The notes beneath the pieces are model-generated. The model did not search any database. It was not told where the DNA came from and saw nothing but the letters and a program-made list of their open reading frames with translations. Below are positions 56,884-64,000 of a DNA stretch of 64,000 nt, in pieces. Numbering within the stretch: position 1 is the first letter of the stretch; the number at the start of each line of letters is the position of its first letter. The translations under genes were made by a program, and so were the position numbers. Location: positions 4,311,281 to 4,375,280 of the forward strand of contig JAHRHZ010000067.1 of assembly GCA_024137785.1 (NCBI GenBank), written 5' to 3'. The stretch comes from Ginglymostoma cirratum. Its lineage: Eukaryota.

Positions 56884-57103
56884 TGAACAAAAACAAAGTT
56901 TCTGGAAAAGCTCAGCAGGTCTGGCAGCATCTGTGGAGGAGAAAAACCGAGTTAACGTTTCGGGTCCGGTGACCCTTCCTCAGAACCGGACCTGAAACGT
57001 TAACTCTGTTTTCTCCTCTACAGATGCTGCCAGACCTGCTGAGCTTTTCCAGCAACTTTGTTTTTGTTCCTGATTTACAGCATCCGCAGTTCTTTTGGTT
57101 TTT
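56884..57103 (+). mobile_element. Young fold-back Penelope-derived element with hammerhead core
   Basis: About 85-bp inverted arms at 56885-56970 and 56985-57069. TSD atatattcaaca 56872-56883 / atatattcgaca 57104-57115. Minus-strand core CTGAGGAagggtcaccggacccGAAACGTT at 56983-56954. Confidence 0.88.
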
Positions 57104-58699
57104 ATATATTCGACAAGGTTCACTCTAGGCGGTAATTGCAGACTTTTTTTATGGATGCATGTTGTTGGTCAATGTATTAATTTTCATGAGCAAAGCTTCA
57201 ATCCTACAAAACTCAGTGTGGAGTAGAACAGTATCTGCACTATATTGAAGCCACAAAAGGAGTGTTGTCAGCATTCCAGAAAAGCCAGTTGTTTGCCCCT
57301 TTTCCAAATGAGGAATCAAAACACAGATTCCAGAAAGTTGACACAATTATGAAAGCCAATTCTTGGTTCAGATGACTCAATTACCAGTACTGAGGCATAT
57401 CACTGCCATCTGGAATAAAAACAGAAAACATATGAAATAAAGAGTAGATCAACTTTATCTGTGGAGAGGGAAGCAGTTAATATTACAGGTCATTGGCCTT
57501 CCATAGTCAATCTATCCAGTGTCATTGACCTGAAGCCTGTTTCCCTATTGATCGATACTGCTTGATCTGCGTAGGCCCAACGTTTTCTGTTACCAATTCG
57601 ATCTAATTTGGTTTAGACCATGCACCTTACAGTGAAGTTGCTCATGATAGAAGTCAAAGGAAAACATTTCTTTTTTGTGATTTTGAGTCCCTGTTTTGTA
57701 TGTTATACATTCTTTATAGCACCCCCAGAAATACTGTCTGTCATCCAAATACCAACAGACGCAAATTACTGCTGATAAGCAGTTTGATATTCCTCAACTG
57801 GGTGTTACCAGATGGAGTCATAGAGTCATGGAATAGCACAGCACAGAAGGAGATCATTCAGCCTGTCATGTCTATGCCCACAATTTTGAAGAGCGACCCT
57901 GTTAGTCTTGTCTCCCACTGTTTCCCCAATTCCTCCTCCTATATTAATTCAGTTCACTTTTTACAGCTACAATTTAAACTTTGACCACCACTAGCAGCCA
58001 ATGCTTATTTGTCTCAAACACTTATTGCATAACAGATTTTTCCGCATCACACCTTTAGTACTTTCATCATTTGACTTAAATCATTGTCCTCAGGCCATCG
58101 CCCTTTCAACCACTGGAAACAGTTCCTCTCACTCCACCTAAACCCTTCATGATTTTAAACTTCTCTATTAGACCTCCTCTTAGACTTCACCATTCTAAGG
58201 AGTATAGTCTCAGCTTCTCCACTTAACTCTAGCCCTCACCCATGGAATCATTCCAGTAAATTCTTTTCTCTATCCTCTCCAAAGCTTTTACATACTTTCT
58301 AAAATGTAGTGCCAACGTCTTCGATCAAGTTGGACGTAACTTGCTGCCTTTTGTCGTCTTCACCTACAAGAAGTAAGTCAAGTGTGCCATGCTGAGTTAT
58401 GTTATCCTGTCACATCCAGCTACAACATGTATCACATATCTCTGTTCTTATACCTCTTTAAAATGGTACTTTTTTGTCCCTCAGATTCATTAACTTTTCC
58501 TTATTGAGAGATGCTTCAGGTCTAAGCCTACATTTAAAATTCACAGAGTAAATTTTATCTGTGCTTCACCCAGTGCAACAGATGAACTAGAGTAACTAAA
58601 TTCCAGCTTCTCTTTATGGGAATGTAAATCAGGGTGACATCATTTAAAATATTAATATCACCTTTAGACTTTTCTTTACTCTCTGGAATCCACGCATAA

Positions 58700-59000
58700 A
58701 GTAACAAGGGTCTTTTCCCTCGGGTGGGGGAGTTCAAAACTAGGGGGCATATTTTTAAAGCAAGAGGAGAAAGATTTAAAAAGGACATGAAAGGCAACTT
58801 TTTTACAGAGATTGGTTTGTGTGTGAAATGAACTTCCAGAGGAAATGATGGATGCAAATACAGTTACAATGTTTAAAAGACATTTGGATAAGTTCATGAA
58901 CAGGAAAGGTTTGGAGAGATATGGACTAGGTGCAGGTAGATGGGAGTAGTTTAGTTTGGAAACATGGTCACTGTGGACTGGTTGGGTCGAAGAGTCTGTA
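58700..59000 (+). mobile_element. CR1 LINE 3' end
   Basis: ggagaaagatttaaaaaggacatgaaaggcaactttttt...ggactggttgggtcgaagagtctg. Confidence 0.8.
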
Positions 59001-59002
59001 TC

Positions 59003-59530
59003 CATAGAAACATAGAAAATGGTGCAGGAGTAGGCCACATGGCCCTTCGAGCCTGCAACACCATTGAATATGATGATGGCTGATCATGCAATTTCAGTAT
59101 CCAAATCCCGCTTTCTCTCCAGACCCCTTGATCCCTTTACTAGCAAGGGCCACATCCAGCTCCATCTTGAACATGTCTAACAAACTGGCCCTAATAGCTT
59201 TCTGTGGTAGAGAATTCCACAGGTCACAACTCTGAGTGAAGAAATTCCTCCTCATCTCAATCTTGAATGCCTTACCTCTTATTCTTAGACTGTGACTCAT
59301 AGTTCTGGACTTCCCCAACACTCTTCCCACATCTATGCTGTCCAGTCCCATCAGGACTTTATGTGTTTCTGTGGGATACCCTTCATTCTTCTAAATTCCA
59401 GCGAGTACAGGCCCAGTTAATCCAGGATAACAAGCGTGGGGCTGGATGAACACAGCAGGTCAAGCAGCATCATAGGAGCAGGAAAACTTGACGTTTCGGG
59501 CCTAAACCCCATCCAGTCCTTCTTTGCACG
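59003..59530 (-). mobile_element. CR1 LINE 3' end with (catagaaa)n tail, interrupted by a PLE-derived insert at 59426-59510 (6-bp TSD atccag)
   Basis: ORF GKAFKIEMRRNFFTQSCDLWNSLPQ. The insert carries gacgtttcgggcctaaaccc, a truncated hammerhead on the minus strand. Confidence 0.8.
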
Positions 59531-60120
59531 GTGTACAACTTAATGACTCAATAAATACTTTCTGTTAATAAGAACATTTACACTAGTCATCTGTAACTTA
59601 CCTTTCTTGTGCACTTTTTAAAAATGCCAGTAATGCTTATTTGCTTGCAAGATCCAACGTTGCTTTGCAGAATATGCAGTCAGATGGGAGAGGGCTTGAA
59701 TGAACTTGCTCATTGATTCATTAACCTTTTCATTGTTGAGAAACATTTCAGCTCTGTGTGTATTTTGAAGTGGCATCCCCAAAGTTTCCTATGAACCTCT
59801 TAACATCTCCTTTCCAAAGCAGAACAAGAAATGTATATAGATTGAAAGAATTCTAATTAAAGAAATATATTCGTTTTTTCTGCTACTTAGATATGCAAGC
59901 AACAAGAGATAGATAAATGTGCAACTTAATTAATTTTCTATCATAACCTTCTGCCCTGCCAATACTTATCAATGTTTTTACTCTCAATTACTTGCTTATT
60001 CTATCATTATGTCCTATACACACTTCAAGTTTCCACAATTACTTCGTGTAATTACTTCCTCCAAATAGGTTTTCTGTTAAGTTGTTGTGGAAATAAGTGG
60101 GCAAAAATATCAGTTATCTG

Positions 60121-60368
60121 AGAAACAGAAATTCCTGGAGAAACTCAGCAGGGCTGGCAGCATCTGTGGAGAGAAAGCATAGTCAATATTTCGAATCCAG
60201 TGACCCTTCTTCAGAACTGAAGTTCTGAACTCCAGTTCCGAAGAAGGGTCGCTGGACTCGAAATGTTTAACCCTGTTTTTCTCTCCACTGCTGCTGCCAG
60301 ACTGACTGAGTTTCTCCAGCAATTTCTGTTTCTGTTTCAGATTTCCAGCATCCTCAGTTCTTTGCTTT
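60121..60368 (+). mobile_element. Fold-back Penelope-derived element with two divergent, decayed hammerhead cores
   Basis: Arms gaaacagaaattcctggagaaactcagcagggctggcagc / gctgccagactgactgagtttctccagcaatttctgtttc. Cores CTGAAGAagggtcactggattcGAAATATT (-) and CCGAAGAagggtcgctggactcGAAATGTT (+). Confidence 0.8.
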
Positions 60369-60819
60369 ATTCAATTATTTTTCTGGTTTGGTTTTTGTAT
60401 TCAGACTATAATTGGGAAGTTGATGTTAGATCGCAGCTGTGTAGGATAGAGGCTGGGTACATTCTTAGAGATTTACAATCAGATTTTTTTTTGCCTTAAT
60501 GCATGATAACATTACACAGCTTAATTCGAGCATGGTAGTATACATCGGAAATCGGTTAGCTCAAGTGGCTAGCACGTGGCTCAGAATCCCAACGACCCAG
60601 GTTCAATTCCAATTCTAGCCGAGATAGATTTGGGAGCTGCATCCTTACCCTACTCCTGAGTAGTGGCAAACAAACTGCCAGGGAAATGGCTCATGATAAA
60701 GCATCAGCACACAATGAGCCAAGAATTGGCACTGACCCCTTCCTCAACCTGATTATCATGGAGTAAATAAGACCAGAAATATTGAGACCAATTTTTGCAT
60801 ACGATATTGAACAATGTGG

Positions 60820-61530
60820 TGGAGATCATGAGGACGTGACTGAGTGTCTGGAGAATTGGAGAAAATTTCTGAAAGGTAGGACTTTGAGGATCAGTCAACT
60901 AAAGAGTCAGCCTCCGGGCTGTCTGTTTGAAAGCAGGGCAGGCGAGCAGCATAAATGTGTAAAGAATTTGGGTGGAGAAAATGAGCAGTTTCCCAGTTAT
61001 CGGGATCAGGGATAGCAGGAGATGAAACTGTCGAAATAGAGTAATTTCAAGAAGTTCAGTGGAGTGTTTTGTGTTAGAACAACATTGCTGAAGCTGATAG
61101 GAAGAGTCTGCAAGACACTTGTTAGACCAACTTTGTTACATAGTGAAGAAACTTGGACAACATCCAGAACAGTGTTATCATGACTAGCCAGTAATTGAGA
61201 TATGAACGCTGACAGTGATGAGATAGGACGTATCAGCAACCAGACAGCAGGGAGTCAGTGAAGATTGTGGGATCATCAAAGAAAATATTGAGAAAAGATG
61301 GAAATGTTATAGTAATCTGTTAGGGAGGGAGAGTGAGGAAACATAGTAAGGTGTGTGATGGAGATGGCACTGCCAGGGAAGGAGGAGTAGAGGACATCTT
61401 AAGATCAGATGAAAGATCCAATGGCAAGAGACACAATGGGTTGGAAGAGGAGGATGACTGAAAGAAGGAGCTGGACAAGGATGATTAATTAGTGTTGTGA
61501 CAAGCTCAAGTAATATGGGATGACCTGAAA
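60820..61530 (+). mobile_element. Decayed RTE-clade LINE fragment
   Basis: LENWRKFLKGRTLRIS...; KFSGVFCVR..LKLIGRVCKTLVRPTLLHSEETW resembles the RTE post-RT motif (VRP.LLYG.ETW). Confidence 0.6.
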
Positions 61531-61689
61531 GAAAGAGTTTCAGACCCAGTATGTTGTGATTAGCTTTATGATTTATGCTGTGTAAAAAGAAGGGGCAGTT
61601 TCTTCATATATCTTATGACAACTTAGAATTTTAATGAATCATTAGTGTGTTGTTCAGGGATACAGGGAATATTCTTGGTGCACAGGGCT

Positions 61690-62190
61690 GCAAAAATTCT
61701 CAATCCAGCTTTACTTTGTTCCATGATCGCACTAGACAGGATATAGAGGTATTTTGCAGTTGTCACTAGGAATGAGAAATTTTAGAAAAGATGCAAGTTT
61801 GGCAGGCTGCAAGACATTTGGACCAGAGGAGAATGAGGGAAAATATAATTACAGCGTGTAACATTGTGAGGGACCGGGAGAGTGAATAGAAATCTCCTAT
61901 TTCCTTAAAAGAGAAATCAATAACGGGGCGGGTGGGGGTTTAGATTTTAAATAATTGGCAGGAGGATTACAGAGAAGTTAAGGATAACTTTGTTCACTCA
62001 GATTAAGGGCCTAGAACTCACAGTTTAGAAGAGGTGAACAAGTTCCTTCCTGTGTTTAAAAAATACTTGGGTATGCACTTGAAGTCCTGTGGCTTACAGG
62101 GCAGCAGCCTAAGAACTGAGCTGTAAGATTAGGCCAGAGATTTCTTGTTCAGCCAACAGAGACACGATGGGCCAAATGGCCTTTATTGCA
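61690..62190 (+). mobile_element. Decayed CR1 3' fragment
   Basis: gataactttgttcactcag...gacacgatgggccaaatggcct, a CR1-type tail. Confidence 0.55.
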
Positions 62191-62752
62191 TTTCTGTGCT
62201 CAGTACTGTAACTGGAATGTCATTTAGACCACATACTGCAGGTTTTCATGGAACAGTCCTGCTGTATTTACAAAATTCAATATGGTAGGAATTTGAAATA
62301 AATAGCAAATGGTTGTAATGCACAATCGGTCAGCTTCAGCAAGAGAACAATGCATTATTCTTCTGGCCATGACTCTGGCTAAAATATTAACCTGCCTTTT
62401 CATTTGGCTGACCTGTGTGCATGCATCATTGTATTTCTGTGGTCATATATTCCTTCACAATGTTTGTTAACTTTTTTTTAGCTACAGAAGGGGGATTGCT
62501 GTAATGAATCGACACAGAACATTTAGAATGAGTGAGCCACAAAATGAAGTGCAACTTCTATTTGTTGCTGCACAGAATTATTCTGCTAGTGGTGGCCTTG
62601 TTACATAACCTGTGGCTGAGCCTTTTTACTGACAATCAGGCAGATAAACATGTTTCATCTGCAGCTATGAATCATTTCCACAATCCTTGCCAATCAACAA
62701 GTTTGGCTTCTGCCAAAAGATATTTGAAGGAGAAGCCAGCTGCCTGCTCCTT

Positions 62753-63273
62753 ACACCAAACAGAAACACCAAACAGGTACATGAACCAGAAACATCAAAC
62801 AGGTACACCAAACAGGAACACCAAACAGGTACACCAAACAGGAACACCAAACAGGTACACCAAANNNNNNNNNNCCAAACAGGTACACCAAACAGGTACA
62901 CCAAACAGAAACACCAAACAGCTACCCCAAACAGAAACACCAAACAGGAACACCAAACAGGTACACCAAACAGGAACACCAAACAGCTACCCCAAACAGA
63001 AACATCAAACAGGTACACCAAACAGAAACACCAAACAGAAACACCAAACAGGTACACCAAACAGGTCCACCAAACAGAAACACCAAACAGAAACACCAAA
63101 CAGGTACACCAAACAGGTCCACCAAACAGAAACACCAAACAGCTACCCCAAACAGAGACACCAAACAGAAACACCAAACAGGTACACCAAACAGGTACAC
63201 CAAACAGAAACACCAAACAGGTACACCAAACAGGTACACCAAACAGAAACACCAAACAGGTCCACCAAACAGG
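62753..63273. repeat. 13-bp minisatellite (caccaaacagNNa)n containing a 10-N assembly gap at 62865-62874
   Basis: About 40 units are visible; true length is unknown because of the gap. Confidence 0.95.
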
Positions 63274-64000
63274 CAATTGCTGCATCAGAGCTCCCAAGTT
63301 GTTTTAGATTTGCTGAGGAATATTTATCATTTTTATTTTGTTGCATCAGTTAAATAAAGAAACATTCTCATGTCGCTTTGAAATATTCAACCCATGGTCT
63401 GCCTGTTTGCTGATTGGTTCTGTGGGTGTCTTGTACTTGATGTCTTGTAATATTAGTTTCAACTTACCACTGCCTGCAGGACCTCTTGCATTGTGATGTG
63501 ATTTTGGTTGGTTGCACAACACATAAGCAAACCTGACTATAGGTCAGGAACAATTACTGTGATAGAACATATCATGCAAAGCTAGCTAAAAGAGACCCTA
63601 CATACAGTGTATTACTCTGATTTTCATGCAGCTTCATGTAATATTGCTTGAAAGCATATATTATGCATTAACATAGCAACACACTGTCCTGGCATGTGCC
63701 CCTGGCTGTACCCTGCTAAAATACTCCAAATTAAACATTAGAAGAAAAATTACCTAAAAATGGGAAAAGAAAGTGCTGCCCAGTTAACCGAATGAATGTA
63801 GAAAAATGTAAAATACATTTATATAGTAACAATATAACTTTAATAATATAATTTATAGTATTTATAAAATACATTTCCAAGTCCCTTGGAACCTCTGCAA
63901 TAACATCTCTCTGACCACAGGTTTAAGGGTTAGGGGGAGAAAAGCAACACTTCAGCCCTCTGCCTCAGGTCTGATTAATCTTCTAGAGATCCTGTTGTAT

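Noticed and set aside
56885-57069. Pre-miRNA or DNA-transposon MITE interpretation of the hairpin
   Set aside because: It is multi-copy, has an asymmetric 3' tail, shows variable-length TSDs across the family and carries a Penelope-type hammerhead core.
62532-63353. Long ORFs (273, 210 and 206 aa) over the 13-bp array, and its CRISPR-like look
   Set aside because: The frames are open only because the repeat lacks stop codons, and they span an N gap. The variable parts are 3 nt, not spacers, and the context is eukaryotic with no cas genes.
49400-64000. DUSP14, expected downstream of TADA2A from mammalian synteny
   Set aside because: No phosphatase coding sequence or second CpG island is visible in the window.

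Overview
Eukaryotic genomic DNA. It is AT-rich and repeat-dense, and the CR1/L2/DeuSINE/Penelope repeat landscape suggests a cartilaginous fish (shark); that assignment is inference. The only protein-coding gene I can support is a complete 15-coding-exon TADA2A (Ada2a; ZZ-SANT-SWIRM subunit of the ATAC acetyltransferase complex) on the + strand, CDS 7364-48986. The exons sum to 1332 nt (443 aa plus stop), all introns are GT-AG and the phases are consistent. It starts in a CpG-island promoter that also appears to launch a divergent minus-strand first exon, which by mammalian synteny would be ACACA. The rest is transposon debris: CR1, L2-type and RTE LINEs, tRNA-derived SINEs, Gypsy fragments and LTRs, two minisatellites and a 10-N gap. 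The most striking signal is a dispersed set of short (about 85-400 bp) Penelope-derived insertions, several with target-site duplications. They carry minimal hammerhead-ribozyme cores (CTGAnGA-n-stem II-GAAACGT[C/T]) and are often arranged as fold-back inverted repeats. One intact core lies on the sense strand of TADA2A intron 8. Nearly all ORFs in the supplied track are spurious or are transposon fragments.
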